A stretch of 64,000 nucleotides of DNA from Octopus vulgaris (taxonomy: Eukaryota), in assembly GCA_951406725.2 (NCBI GenBank), contig OX597837.1:25234001-25298000 (forward strand), read 5' to 3'. This document shows, in pieces, positions 40,760 to 53,949 of the stretch. The first letter of the stretch is position 1. Every line of letters starts with the position of its first letter. Position numbers and translations under genes: made by a program. The notes under the pieces were generated by a model. That model searched no databases, was not told the origin of the DNA, and worked only from the letters and a program-made list of their open reading frames with translations.

Positions 40760-40765
<6 letters not shown>
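40589..40765. mobile_element. Related fold-back element, truncated before the ribozyme
   Basis: Similar to 57221-57350. Perfect 26-bp palindrome CAAGGATATCCAGCTGGATATCCTTG at 40722-40747; ends in (TA)n. Confidence 0.55.
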
Positions 40766-40807
<42 letters not shown>

Positions 40808-42430
40808 TTGAAACCGGTTTTCGTTGCAATCCGACTTTTCAAGAATTGTAAGGTGAAAAGAAATTTTTTTTATAATTGAGGAGGGGGAAAAAAGAAAAAA
40901 GAAAAGAAGAAAACAATGTAATTTCCTTTTTTCCCTCCTCCTCAATAATAAAAAAAATTTTCTTTTCACCTTACAATTCTTGAAAAGTTGCATTGCGACG
41001 CAAACTGGTTTAAATTACACCATCCGTTCGTGGCCGTTTGCCAGCTCTGTCTGGCACCTGTGCAGGTGGCACGTAAAAAGCACCCACTACACTCACGGAG
41101 TGGTTGGCGTTAGGAAGGGCATCCAGCCGTAGAAACACTGTCAAATCTGACTGGGCCTGATGAAGCCTTCCGGCTTCACAGACCCCAGTTAAACCGTCCA
41201 ACCCATGCTAGCATGGAAAACGGATGCTAAATGATGATGATGATGATGATGATATATATATTTTTTTCATTTAAAAAATTTTCCATACACCCATTTTCAT
41301 TAAAATTTACCTTCAATTTAGCATTCTGCCTTTTTATAATTTTTCCTTGCCTATATATATATATATGTATATGTATATATAACACTTAATAGGCATGTTG
41401 ATTCCATTCAAATAGACAAGTTGTATGTAATCCTTCATGAGCAAACTTTGAAGCATTTGAAATGTCAAAAAGATATATGTTAACTGACCAACAAGAGAAA
41501 ATAAAAAGGCAACATTCAATAAGAACTTTCAAAGTTCAAAATGTGCATACTAAGTCTTACTTTTGACACCTCAAATTAGCATCCTTAAATGTTAGAGGGT
41601 AAACAGTCTCTTAGTTTTCATTCTAAGAACATTATATAGACCTATTTATATAAATACACACATTTACGTGCTTGTATACACTGCCAGCCTCGCCTCAGTT
41701 GCCAGCCACGCCTGGCCTCCGTGCCGGTGGCACGTAAAAAGCACCATCCGATCGTGGCCTTTTGCCAGTCTCGTCTGGCACCTATGCCGGTGGCACGTAA
41801 AAGGCACCCACTACACTCATGGAGTGGTTGGCATTAGAAAGGGCATCCAGCCGTAGAAACATTGCCAGATCAGACTGGGCCTGGTGCAGCCTTCTGGCTT
41901 CCCAGACCCCAGTTGCACCGTCCAACCCATGCCAGCATGGAAAGCAGACGCTAAATGATGATGATGATGATATGGTTTCTGGCATTATTATAAACACACA
42001 CACACACACACACACATATGCACAAATATGTTCTCATGTTCTTTACAAACATTTGCATATACCATGTCACCTTCAATGTCACAGATATTTAATACCACGA
42101 CTCGTCAGATAGGTAATCCTATTGATCAATAGTTATTATAGATGGTCCCAACACTAATGGGATCACTTTGTAACTTGTAACACTATTGATCAAAAGAAAT
42201 TATGCATTATTGTATACTATAGCTTGGATTGATTTTATTAAATTTCTTTAAGTTTGTTCTCAAACTTTTATCCTCAGGTTTCTTTTAATTGCATTTTATG
42301 GTTATTTTATATTCCATAGTTTGCAGCTGTTATTAGGAAATAAATCTTTCCTGATAATGATATGATGTGGAAAGTTAATCTATATCCATATGCAGATCAT
42401 GTTATATGTATTTGTATAAGAACACATATA

Positions 42431-43080
42431 CAAGAGTTGGACAAAGTAATGGAAACATTATTAGCATCATAGCATCATAATTTTGAAATATCTTTAAAAC
42501 TGTCAAAAGCTTGTTTATTTTTATGTTTTGTGATTTACTATTAGTGTTGCATAATATGTCTTGCTAAAATTGCTGTTTCTTTTCAGATATCATCAGAAAA
42601 AGGTAATTAAAATTCGTTAAAATGTAAGATGTATCGGACTTTCAAATGGGTCAAATTGTTGGTGCTCATATGGCAGGCGCTATCATAATGAAAACAGCTG
42701 AAATGTTTGGTGTATCAAAAAGTACTGTCTCAAAAGTAATGACAGCCTTTGAGAAAAAGGGAAAAACCTCCTCGTTGAAACAAAACTCCGGAAGAAAACC
42801 AAAACTTTCAGATAGGGACTGTCGGACTGTTAGAAAGAATCACAGAAGTTCAGCTCCCAAAATTATTGCAGAGCTTAATGACCACCTCAAGAACCCAGTT
42901 TCCACATAAATTGTTTGCCAGGAGCTGCACAAAGCCGAATTTCATGGGGTGTGGGTGGGACTTCAAGCGGAAAACCACTACTTTCAAAAACGAACATTGC
43001 AAAGCATTTAGAGTGGAGTGAAAACCTACAGAATTGGTCCCTAGAACAGTGGAAGAATGTTATTTTCGTGGACAAAAATT
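42431..43080 (+). mobile_element. 5' half of a Tc1-like transposon
   Basis: TA-CAAGAGTTGGACAAAGTAATGGAAAC TIR; HTH MGQIVGAHMAG...GVSKSTVSKV...SGRKPKLSDRD, then KPLLS...WSLEQWKNVIF. Confidence 0.8.
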
Positions 43081-44273
43081 TATTTATTTATTTATTCAGC
43101 TACAGAAATGAGTTGCGATATCACTGGTGCCAAGCTGTATTGGTGGCATAGAGAGGAGAGGCTTGTATGCATGGGTGAATGCTGATCTTCCATAAACAAC
43201 CTTGCCTGGACTTGTGCCTTGGAAGGATCACTTTCTAGAGTCGTGTGTGTGGATGTATGGATGTGTGGATGCATGTATGCACTGCTGAAGTTGGAGTGTG
43301 TTTAAAATACCAGTGTGTCTGATGTACCTTTTAATATAGTATTTATTTCTCTGAAGAAAATCTTTGATTTGATTCATGAACCCTTTTGATACTAACCCGC
43401 CTGAAACCGCCTCTGGCTTTGTAGTATAAATGTCTTGTTTTCAAAAGTTCTGAATTAAAATCTTCCACCAAACCTTGGTCACAATTTATGTTCCTAACAC
43501 TAGCTTAATGATAACTATGTTATTTTACTAAATTCTTTGTTATATTTAAAATTAATTGAAAGAAACACAGAGCATCTCAAAAGAAATATGGTAACAAAAG
43601 GGTTAATACTTTTGTGAAGTTCATAAAAGCAATAAATAGATAATCACTCTACATCCATGTACTGAGACTTTTAACCCTTTAGTGTTCAGATTATTCAATC
43701 AAACATAATGCTTATTGATTCCCATTGATTTGAATTAATCATGCATTATCTCATATCTTCAAGATCTTGATGGTGTAATTACTTAATGTAGAATAACATT
43801 GAAGGGTAGGTGTACAGCTTGGATCTGGTCAGTTTGAACATAAAACAGATTAGCTATTTTGGCCAGATATGGCCGGTTTAAATACTAAAGGGTTAATGTC
43901 TGATAGATTTACTTAATCTACAGATTTAGTTAACCAATGAAAGACGATTGCAAGGGTTGACATTTCTCAATGAATCTTTACCAAATTTCACAGAGAGATC
44001 CAGATACAACCCAGAATGATGCAAGAACAAAATGTGCGTATATATGTATACATGTATGTATATATGTTTGTGTATGTGTGTGTGTGTGTACATATAGATA
44101 CATGTGCATGTGAACATATACGCAAATTTGATTACAAGTACATATGCATAGCTGTATGTTTTACATATATAGATGTACATGTATGCTTGTTGAGGATATG
44201 TCCAGGTGTCACATAATTGTGTGCATATGTTACTGTGTAAACATGTAGACATTTGTGTAAACATGTAGACATT

Positions 44274-44574
44274 TGTTCGTTCCTTCTCGAGCCATGCCTG
44301 GCTCATAAGGGCCGGTTTCCCAGTTTCTTGGCGTATAGGTTCCCTACCTGGATGGGACGCCGGTCCGTCGCAGGTGAGCTGCAAGATGCAAGAGGAAAGA
44401 GTGAGAGAAAGTTGTGACGAAAGAGTCAGCAGAAGTTTCGCCATTACCTTCTGCCGGAGCCGCGTTGAGCTTAGGTGTTTCGCTCATAAACACACACATC
44501 GCCCGGTCTGAGATTCGAACCCGTGATCTCTCGACCGAGAGTCTGCTGCTCTAACCACTAGGCCATGTGCCTCC
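44274..44574 (-). mobile_element. tRNA-derived SINE (third family)
   Basis: Head GGAGGCACATGGCCTAGTGGTTAGAGCAGC..GGTTCGAATC; 14-bp TSD AAACATGTAGACAT. Confidence 0.8.
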
Positions 44575-44657
44575 ACAAACATGTAGACATATCAATAGAT
44601 ATGTGGATGGGCATGTGTCTAAACATATTGATGCATAAACAGAAAGAAGAATGGTGA

Positions 44658-44966
44658 GGAGGCACATGGCCTAGAGGTTAGAGCAGCGGACTCGCGGTTG
44701 AGGGATCACGGGTTCGAATCTCAGACCGGGTGATGTGTGTGCTTATGAGTGAAACACGTAAGCTCTGCATGGCTCCGGCAGAAGGTAATGGCGAACTTCT
44801 GCTGACTCTTTCGCCACAACTTTCTCTCGCTCTTTCCTCCTGCATCTTGCTGCTCACCTGCGACGGACCGGCGTCCCGTCCAGGTGGGGAACCTAAACGC
44901 CAAGGAAACCGGGAAACCGGCCCTTATGAGCCAGGCATGGCTCGAGAAGGAGCAAACAACAGCAAC
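44658..44966 (+). mobile_element. tRNA-derived SINE (third family), inverted relative to 44274-44574
   Basis: Same head and body; (AAC)n-type tail; TSD AAAGAAGAATGGTGA(G). Relatives at 889-1190(+), 1973-2283(-) and 56908-57209(-). Confidence 0.8.
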
Positions 44967-45042
44967 AAAGAAGAATGGTGAGTGTGTTGTAAGACAAAGG
45001 AAGGAAACAAATTGAAAAGAATTAGAAAAAGCATTGATTTAC

Positions 45043-45195
45043 CTGAAGCAGGTCGCTGTCCTTTTGTGGTTTGTTGAAACTTACATAGGAAATATTAAAA
45101 ACGGTCATCGCAAGAACCATGATAAGTAATGCCAGGAATACAATGGAACGTCGTGCTGGTGTTCGTAGGTAATATCGCCATAACTTGAGTGCCAT
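45043..45195 (-). CDS. MGAT5: MGAT5/GnT-V-like glycosyltransferase, first coding exon (cytoplasmic tail + type II TM anchor)
   Basis: ATG at 45195. Encodes MALKLWRYYLRTPARRSIVFLALLIMVLAMTVFNISYVSFNKPQKDSDLLQ (basic tail then hydrophobic span). Ends at CAG|gtaaat, phase 0, which fits the next exon. A polypyrimidine/AG acceptor just upstream (45206-45230) implies an unlocated 5'UTR exon. Confidence 0.8.
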
Positions 45196-45381
45196 TGGCA
45201 AATCTCTGAAACTACAAAAGAGAGAGAACATTTGAAAAATTGTTCTTTACTGATATCAATTTGTTAGTCAAATAATAAACTTTATTTGGAATGGTGACAC
45301 GCCTCTTAACTCCAAGAGTCAAGGAGTCACTTCAGGGTAGAAAGATATTTGGAGGAGTTAAGTGAATTAACATAATCATAT

Positions 45382-45746
45382 CGTGACGTATATTTGCCAT
45401 TTAAATATGGCTAACCCCTAAGGGTGGATGCTACTGTAGTTTGTAACCCCAGGAGGACGGGAACCTACTTCTCATCGACAACTGTGATTGTCACACACCG
45501 ATGACGGGTCAATACTCAGAAACTCGAGTCCATGTGTATCATAAGTTGAAGCCGGGAAGGATGACTTCCCTTTGCAAATACTGATAGGGCACAGAAAGCG
45601 TGTCTATAGCCAGCTGGAGGAGGTGTCCTCCTGGGGCTACAAACTACAGTAGCATCCACCCTCAGGGGTTAGCCATATTTAAATGGCAAATATACATCAC
45701 AATGTGTTGTAGCTACTGTTTATTACTCGCTCTGAGATTTATTATT
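45382..45746 (+). mobile_element. Fold-back Penelope-like non-autonomous element with hammerhead and 12-bp target-site duplication
   Basis: 76-bp inverted repeats at 45383-45458 and 45625-45700. Direct repeat ACATAATCATAT at 45370-45381 and 45747-45758. Related fragments at 62923-63020 and 30528-30562. Confidence 0.65.
45492..45536 (+). ncRNA. Decayed type I hammerhead ribozyme
   Basis: CACACA-CCGATGA-C-GGGT-CAAT-ACTC-A-GAAA-CTCGAG-TC-CATGTG. Stem III is the palindrome ACTCGAGT. Stem I is restored if two CpG-decay changes are reversed (CACACG/CGTGTG). The core has U4C. Confidence 0.55.
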
Positions 45747-46102
45747 ACATAATCATATAACTACATAAAATACTTAAGACAAAATTTACATGAATGAAAG
45801 ATAAAGCTGATTTGGATGAGATTTGAAATGATGTTTGCCAAGGAATTAAGAGTAAAAGTCATCCAGTTTTAATCTGGTGCTTTTACTATTTCAGCCATTT
45901 TCCAAATTATATTACATAGGTAATATGAACATAATAGGCACAGGAGTGGCTGTGTGGTAAGTAGCTTGTTTACCAACCACATGGTTCAGGGTTCAAGTCC
46001 CACTGCATGGCACCTTGGGCAAGTGTCTTCTACTATAGCCTCGGGCCGACCAAAGCCTTGTGAGTGGATTTGGTAGACGGAAACTAAAAGAAGCCCGTCG
46101 TA

Positions 46103-46163
<61 letters not shown>

Positions 46164-46509
46164 TTGTGTGTCTGTGTTTGTCCTCCTAGCATTGCTTGAC
46201 AACCGATGCTGGTGTGTTTATGTCCCCCGTTACTTAGCAGTTCGGCAAAAGAGACCGATAGAATAAGTACTGGGCTTACAAAGAATAAGTCCCGGGATCG
46301 AGTTGCTCGATTAAAGGCGGTGCTCCAGCATGGCCGCAGTCAAATGACTGAAACAAGTAAAAGAGTAAAAGAGTAATATACACATGCATATGCAAATGAA
46401 GACTGAAAGACATGACCATATACACCCACACAAGGACACATATACAGACACACCCAGAGACACACACACAAGGAGATGGAGGTACACACACACATGCATA
46501 CACACACTT

Positions 46510-46885
46510 ACATACATAAAAACATACGTACATAAATACATACATACATACATACATAAATACATACATACGTACATAAATACATACATACATACATAAA
46601 TACATACATACATAAATACATACATACATACATAAATACATAAATACATACATACGTACATAAATACATACATACACACATAAATACATAAATACATACA
46701 TAAATACATACATACATACATACATAAATACATACATAAATACATACACACATAAATACATACATAAATACATACATATATACATACATAAATACATACA
46801 TAAATACATACATACATAAATACATACATAAATAAATACATATATAAATACATACATACATACATACATACATACATACATACAT
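46510..46885. repeat. (TACA/TAAA)n tetranucleotide array
   Basis: Direct reading. Confidence 0.95.
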
Positions 46886-47199
46886 GTGTACGTGCACAAA
46901 CACTGACCCACACAAATGCACAGAAACAAACAAAAAAATGCAGCTCGGATGACGGACAGAGTCAACAAGTATTGAAAAAGTTGGAAGAAGCTACCGGAAA
47001 TTTTAGGAAAAAATAAATAAGTAAATAAGTGTGGAAACTTTACTGGTGAGTGTCTTAAATAATAAGGCACTAAAAGAGAATGACTCTTCCCAGACACAAC
47101 AAAATATGCTTCAACACACAAACTCACATAAAGAATCTTGCAAACCAAATCCCAAAACAAAGTATATAGATATATATACATACACACACACACACACAC

Positions 47200-47240
<41 letters not shown>

Positions 47241-47381
47241 TTTATTTTAAGCAGCAGAAAATTCAACAAAATCTGTTGAATTTTGTTGAATTTTCTGCTG
47301 CTTAAAATAAAGCATATTACTCTACCACTGGTATTTGAGTACTCTTTTTTCCACCTTGTTTCACATTTATGTGTTTACTCC

Positions 47382-47445
<64 letters not shown>

Positions 47446-47730
47446 TATACATACATATATATATACACATATATATACACATATATACATAGGGAGAATT
47501 CACAAAAAAACAAAAGATGAAGACAGGTGGTGTAGACAACAAACAGATGTATTAGTTTATATATATATATATACATATATGAAAATAGTAATGCAATACG
47601 AGAGTATTGCTTTCCAGTAAAGAATAGCCCGTGGGGGTAAAATTATACATAAAAGTAAATAAATGGTACAACGAAGCACCGGTAAATACCGGTGCTTCGT
47701 TGTACCATTTATTTACTTTTATGTATATAT

Positions 47731-48354
47731 AATTAATCAAAATAAAAACATGATGCCAAGGATTCAGCGGTACATATGTTTCGGGCCTTTATTAGACGGA
47801 TTTATAACAATGCATAATGTGTGTCTATGGCCTTCTTCAGCGCATACGTACGTATATACATACACGCACATGCACACATACAGACACACTCGCACTTACA
47901 CGCATTCACAAGACGAAGTGAATCTCTATGCATATGGGCAAAAAAGTGCATACACCCACACTCATGCTCACACCCACACACATGGGGGAGTAGGTCCCTA
48001 TGCATATACATAAAAATATGCATATGCACAGACATAGGTTTAACAAGTAGATCCATTCTCGCACACGGGCAAGATACGGAATTATAGTGGGTACAAAAGG
48101 TAGACATGAAAGTAAGAAATCGCGGGTAAGAAAGTATAACAGAGTATATATATATACATATATATATAACACACACATACACACACATATATACACACAC
48201 ATATATACACACACACACACACATACACACACACACATATACACACATATACACATATACACACACACATATATACACACACATATATACACACACACAC
48301 ATATATACACACACATATATACACACACACACACACATATACACACACATATAT

Positions 48355-48403
<49 letters not shown>

Positions 48404-49413
48404 CAGATACACATACACACACACGCATACATGTGTGCATACATACACACACATGCCTATATACATACACGCATATATACATACACACACACACACATCC
48501 ACAAGCACACATATATCTGTGTGTCTATATATTCGTACACACATACATATACATACACAGACACACACACATATGTATAGATATATATAAAAAATATTTA
48601 AAAAATATAAAATATTAAAAAATATAATAAAAAAATATAAAAAAATGAAAAAATAAAAGGACACCCACTGCTTAGGCTTCTACAACCAGAATATATCATC
48701 TCCCTGACCACCATGTTAGTCCGTAACAACTTTATATCCCTTATCCTTATATTCTTTTATACTTTTATATTCTTATATCCTTTTATATTTTTGATACTTT
48801 TTTATATTTTTTTATATCTTTTTTTACATCTTTATATTCATTTATACTTTTTTTTACACTTCTTTATATTTTTATATTTCATATTTCTATATTTATATTC
48901 TTTTATCTTTTATATTTTTATATTTTTTTATCTTTCGTCCTTAATTCTCGCCCCTCTATCTTTATCCCTATTTACTCTTATTACCAGGTTCCTTCACGGC
49001 TGTGTGTATTTATACATTTATTTATTCATTTATTTATTTATTTATTTATGTATTCATTTATTTTTATTACCTCAACACCCAAACTTCCTCATTCTACATT
49101 GAGAGAAGGACGGGATGGACGCTTCATTTTTGTGCTGGTACCGCATTATGTCGTACGCGACTGAGAGGATTTGCATCCCCAATGTAGAATTTTTGATGTA
49201 ATACATGTCCTTGAGGCAGTAATTGTGCGCGGCTGAAGAAGGCCATAGACACACATTATGCATTGTTATAAATCCGTCTAATAAAGGTCCGAAACATATG
49301 TACCGCTGAATCCTTGGCATCATGTTTTTATTTTGATTAATTTACTCCACCACCTACACCACCTAACAGTATATACAGGTGCTTACAATTATCAAGTACT
49401 CACCCTGAATTTT
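47731..49413 (+). mobile_element. Penelope-like element remnant with 111-bp inverted pLTR arms containing hammerhead cores
   Basis: 47731-47841 is the reverse complement of 49232-49342 with one visible mismatch. TA runs lie at both outer ends. No RT or GIY-YIG ORF. Confidence 0.6.
49229..49306 (+). ncRNA. Type I minimal hammerhead ribozyme (A-C at base of stem II)
   Basis: GCGG-CTGAAGA-A-GGCC-a-TAGAC...GTCTA...GGTC-C-GAAA-CATATG-TA-CCGC; palindromic stem III ACATATGT. Confidence 0.75.
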
Positions 49414-49597
49414 TATATATATATATATATATATATACATACATATATATACATATATATATACATACATATATATATACACAAATATATATATATGCAC
49501 ATACATATATAAATAAACATGTATATATATACACATACATATATAAATAAACATATATATATAAACATACATATATACACACTCACACACACACATA

Positions 49598-49639
<42 letters not shown>

Positions 49640-49764
49640 TATATACATACATATGTATAGATACATGTATATACATATATACACATAATATACATATATT
49701 TATATATATACATATACATAATATATATATATATACACATAAATACATATATATACATATATAT

Positions 49765-49809
<45 letters not shown>

Positions 49810-49819
49810 CACACATTGA

Positions 49820-50370
49820 TGATAATCAGTTGGACAGTCTGTTCTGAAGAATATTTGGGCCAAAGACACTGGATAATTTCCAAAAGTCTCTGGCCTGGTA
49901 GTGTTACCAAGGAGCCCTACAAGTTCGGGATAGGCTCACTAGACACGGTCATCCTGGCCCATCAGCCTGTCCAAGATACGACCGGGACGATGAAACCGTC
50001 CTGCACACTATTGTTCAGTGTCCGGGTGTGTCAGAAGTATGGGCTTATGCAGAACACCTGTTGTCAGATGTGAGGAGAGTACAGCTATCGTTTGAGTCAC
50101 TTTTAAAAATTGACCCACCAGATTTCCTTACAGAAGAAGGTACGAATTGTTTTCTCATGGTAGTAGCAATCGTGAAATAGGTGATTTGTAAGTCAAGAGT
50201 GAAAGGAGTAATGATAGGTAGCTTTGTCTCCGGCCTCACATTGGTGAAGGCCTTCACCTTTCATCTGAAAAGGAAAGTGGGGCTAGAGAGGAGGTGCCTG
50301 TCAGCGAGAATGTATAAAGATAGATGGGTACATGTAGCATGAATGTTGGGTATGAAAGACTCTGCGTGAA
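49820..50370 (+). mobile_element. L1/Tx1-like LINE 3' fragment
   Basis: Decayed frame [22 protein letters not shown]...ACPRYDRDDETVLHTIVQCPGVSEVW (ORF2 C-terminal zinc-knuckle region), next to a TA-rich microsatellite. Confidence 0.7.
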
Positions 50371-51623
50371 CACACTATAAAGGTTACCAGAAGGTGTCAA
50401 TAGAGAAACAGGGCTCATGGAGATGGAGCACTAACCTGTTTTAATACCTCATTTTTTTGTCTTTTATTGTTTTGTGATTGTCTTTTGTCTATCATACGAT
50501 TATCATTTTTGTGCATTTTAAAATCTTATAACCATCCGTATGTGTCTGACCCCAGCCAGGCTGTACTGTCCCCTTGTGGGAAATCAAGAAATAGCTTACA
50601 CATAATTGTCATGGATTACCGAGATAAATTTATCAAGGATAAATATATACAAACTTTAAAATTTTCTTACCAAAGTCTACCTGCTTGAATCAAAACCAGT
50701 AAATTTTAATCTATTTTTCAAAAATACTTTTTCATATATTTTTTGGATTTTAAATCAACATTCGATATCTCTTATTATAAAAGGCAGATTTTATCTGCCT
50801 CCCTTTGGGAGTTATACAAATCTACAATATAGGATTTCTTCAATTACAATTTACCTAGCATTTTTAAGAGTACAATGCATCGCGTCATGCCAGGTCCAGT
50901 TTTTAAAATTTAAACTCCAATTAAGCAAAATTTACAGAAAACTCACATTCTGGTGTGTGTGTCAAATGCTTTTCTTAGTCTGGTTTACACCACACGCAAA
51001 CGCACACACACAGTGTGCAACGAATAAAATGAAACTAGATGTAATATTTGTTTCTGTCTATCACGCTGATAGATACATGAGTAAAATGTATGGGAAGCTA
51101 ACAGAGAAGAGTGAGTGAAAATGTTCTTGGAAGAGAGTAAATAGCTTGAGAGAGTGATTTGAGGAAGACTTTACATTAAATAACCGTAGTGGCTTGTGTT
51201 AGTAATAAAGTAAACATACACTCATACATACATACATACATACATACATACATACATACACACCCACACACACATACATACATACACACACACATACATA
51301 CATACACACATACATACATACATATACATACATACATACATACACACACACATGCACATACACACACAGTATTGAAGCTTGAGAACAATCAGATACATTT
51401 GCAACACATCTGTTGAAAATATTATTGTTCACACACATACATATACATATATACATACAGACAGACAGACAGATAGACACACACACACACACACACATGA
51501 TCCAGCATGGCCACAACCTCAAGGCTGAAACATATAAAAGAATAACAGAATATAAATGTGTGCATGTGTGTGAGAGAGAGAGAGTGTGTGTGTATATGTA
51601 TGTATGTATGTATGTATATATAT

Positions 51624-52215
51624 ATAATAATGCGGTTTTTTTAACAGCTTGAACTAAAAGTCAGAGGGGAATGGGATAAACTACTTATATTAACTTGCTA
51701 TAAAAGCAGGTAGTAATTTTATCTTGTCCTTATTCATAGTGCAAGTTTTGAAGAGTGCATTTCGATTTTAACAGCTATTTTTTTCAAAGCTATATTGGAA
51801 GTAACAAAGGGGCATATTTGGCATATTTTGCTTTATGAGTTCAATAAAGACAACAACGCAACGGAAAGTACAAGAAATATTAATGCAGTATATGGGGATT
51901 GGACAATAAGCGTAAGGCAGTGTCAATGGTGGTTCCAGAAATTCCGAGCCATAAACTACAGCCTAGAAGACGAGCCTCATCCTGAAAGATCTGTAGAACT
52001 CGACAAGGACATCCTGAAAACCCTGGTGGAACAAAATCTCATCGTAACTGTTGAGGAACTGGCAGAGAAGCTTGGATTTGGTCATTCAACCATTCATTGA
52101 CACCTGTGTGCTATCGGAAAAGTCAGCAAATTGGGTCAATGGGTTCCTCACGAACTTTCCGAGTCTAATTGCATGCAGAGAGTGAATGTATGCTTTTCTT
52201 TGCTGTCACATCTCA
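51624..52215 (+). mobile_element. 5' fragment of a mariner transposon
   Basis: HILLYEFNK...WFQKFR...LEDEP...TVEELAEKLG...*HL..IGKV.KLGQWVPHEL. Confidence 0.8.
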
Positions 52216-52235
52216 CCACTACTGCGCTATGTATA

Positions 52236-52864
52236 TCTATATATATAAAACTGTAGTTGTGTGAGTGTCTGTCCCCTTCGATTTAGATTCCTAACTACTC
52301 CCACATTTTGCGGTGCAGTTTAACCAAATTCGGGTAGCTTATAGTCGTGATTCATATCGAGCCCGTATTAGCGTGCGTCTACGATGAGTCTACGATTTTA
52401 AAAATAATTTAACATAATTTTTTATTCCATTTTAATGCATAATTTTTCGTGTGTCGATGGCGGCGGAGTTGGCGTCCACGCTCACACCTGCACCTGTGGG
52501 GAAGGGAGTGTAAGGAAATCAATGTCGTAATGCGTTGTCAAGGAGACCAGCGTTCTTTTAGAACAACGACTTCATGGCTTGAAGACACCAAAACAGAAAT
52601 GGCTAAGAAAGCGTCTACATGAGTCTACGATTTCAAAAAAAATTTACCATCGTTTTTTTCCATTTTAATGCATTTTTCGCTATTATATAAGGGAAGTAAC
52701 TCTCTAAAAATGTCTACGATGAGTCAACGATTTTAAAAAAAATTTACCATCATATTTTTTCCATTTTTAATGCATTTTTTGCTATTTTTTGGCTATGACT
52801 CTCTAAAAATGCTTATATAGTTATTTCCCTTACAAACCCGAGCAACGCCAGGCGATACTGCTAG
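52236..52864 (+). mobile_element. Non-autonomous Helitron-like element
   Basis: A|TCTATATATATAAAAC ... CCCGAGCAACGCCAGGCGATACTGCTAG|T; internal repeats of CTACGATGAGTC.ACGATTTTAAAAA. Confidence 0.75.
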
Positions 52865-53439
52865 TATTATATAAACTTTATCTTATCAATCTCTGACACG
52901 CGGAAGTATTGTTTATCAATGTGTATCAACAATGGATTCCATTATAACGACAATACTTTTGTGAAACAATCGTAAGATGTATTAATTAACAAAGTTTTAA
53001 ACTGTTGTTTCATATATTTACATATATAGTTAATACAATACTATTTTAGACACATATATCTTTGTGAGAAATTTTTTTACATGCCACTAGCACGAAAGCC
53101 AGTTACAGTGGAGAATTCGCAATGAAATAGAAGGGCATAGCATAAGGAAATAAAGTTCACAGTTCATTTTTCAGAGGGTATGGGTGTTAGCCCATATGTC
53201 CTTAGGTAAAATCCAAGGTAAATCCAGGCAGTATTACAGCAAAATATAAGTAGTATGTTCACAGCATAAATATTCAAGCAATCCTGGATGTTTATGCGGT
53301 TGGCCTGCTCGCTTAGCCAGCAGGGTGGTGTCATTTGAAGGCTAAAACAATGCGAAGCACATTGAGACCAGCAATGTGTAGCAACATCTGATAGCCTGGT
53401 GGTCATGGTGATATATATATATATATACTGTATATAACA

Positions 53440-53638
53440 GGAATGTTTACGAAAATAAACAAAAGACGAAGGCAGGTGGATTACAAGCAAACAAATGTAT
53501 TAGTATGGCGCTCAGGAATAGAAATAGAACAAGTCTTTTACGTTTTGAGCCTACGCTCTTCGACAGAAAGATACACAGAAAAAAAAGGAGAGAAACAAGG
53601 AGAGAAAAAAATGCGTGTAGGAGCTAACGATCTATCAT
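53440..53638 (-). mobile_element. Same (TA)n-associated pLTR-like family as 8483-8913
   Basis: Shared sequence ACGAAAA..CAAAAGACGAAG..CAGGTGG...GAGCCTACGCTCTTC..CAGAAAG...GCTAACGATCTATCA followed by (TA)n. Confidence 0.6.
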
Positions 53639-53647
53639 ATATATATA

Positions 53648-53949
53648 CTAGCAGTATCGCCCGGCGTTGCTCGGGTTTGTGAGGGATATAACTATATAAG
53701 TATTTTTAGAGAGTTATTTCCCTTATATAAATTGAGCAAAACATGCATTAAAAATGCGGAAAAATGATGGTAAATTTTTTTTTTAAATCATAAACTCATT
53801 GTAGACACGTGCTAATACCCAGAAGGGCTTGATACGAATCACGACTATAAGATACCTGTTTTTGGTTAAACTGCACCGCAAAATGTGAGAGTAGTTAGGA
53901 ATCTAAATCGGAGTAGACAGACACTCACACACACAACTTCATATAAAGA
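53648..53949 (-). mobile_element. Non-autonomous Helitron-like element (shorter relative of 52236-52864)
   Basis: Same 3' CTAG/hairpin end and shared internal sequence, in inverted orientation. Confidence 0.7.

Noticed and set aside
44658-44730. tRNA genes
   Set aside because: The tRNA-like A/B-box regions are SINE heads continuous with SINE bodies and TSDs.
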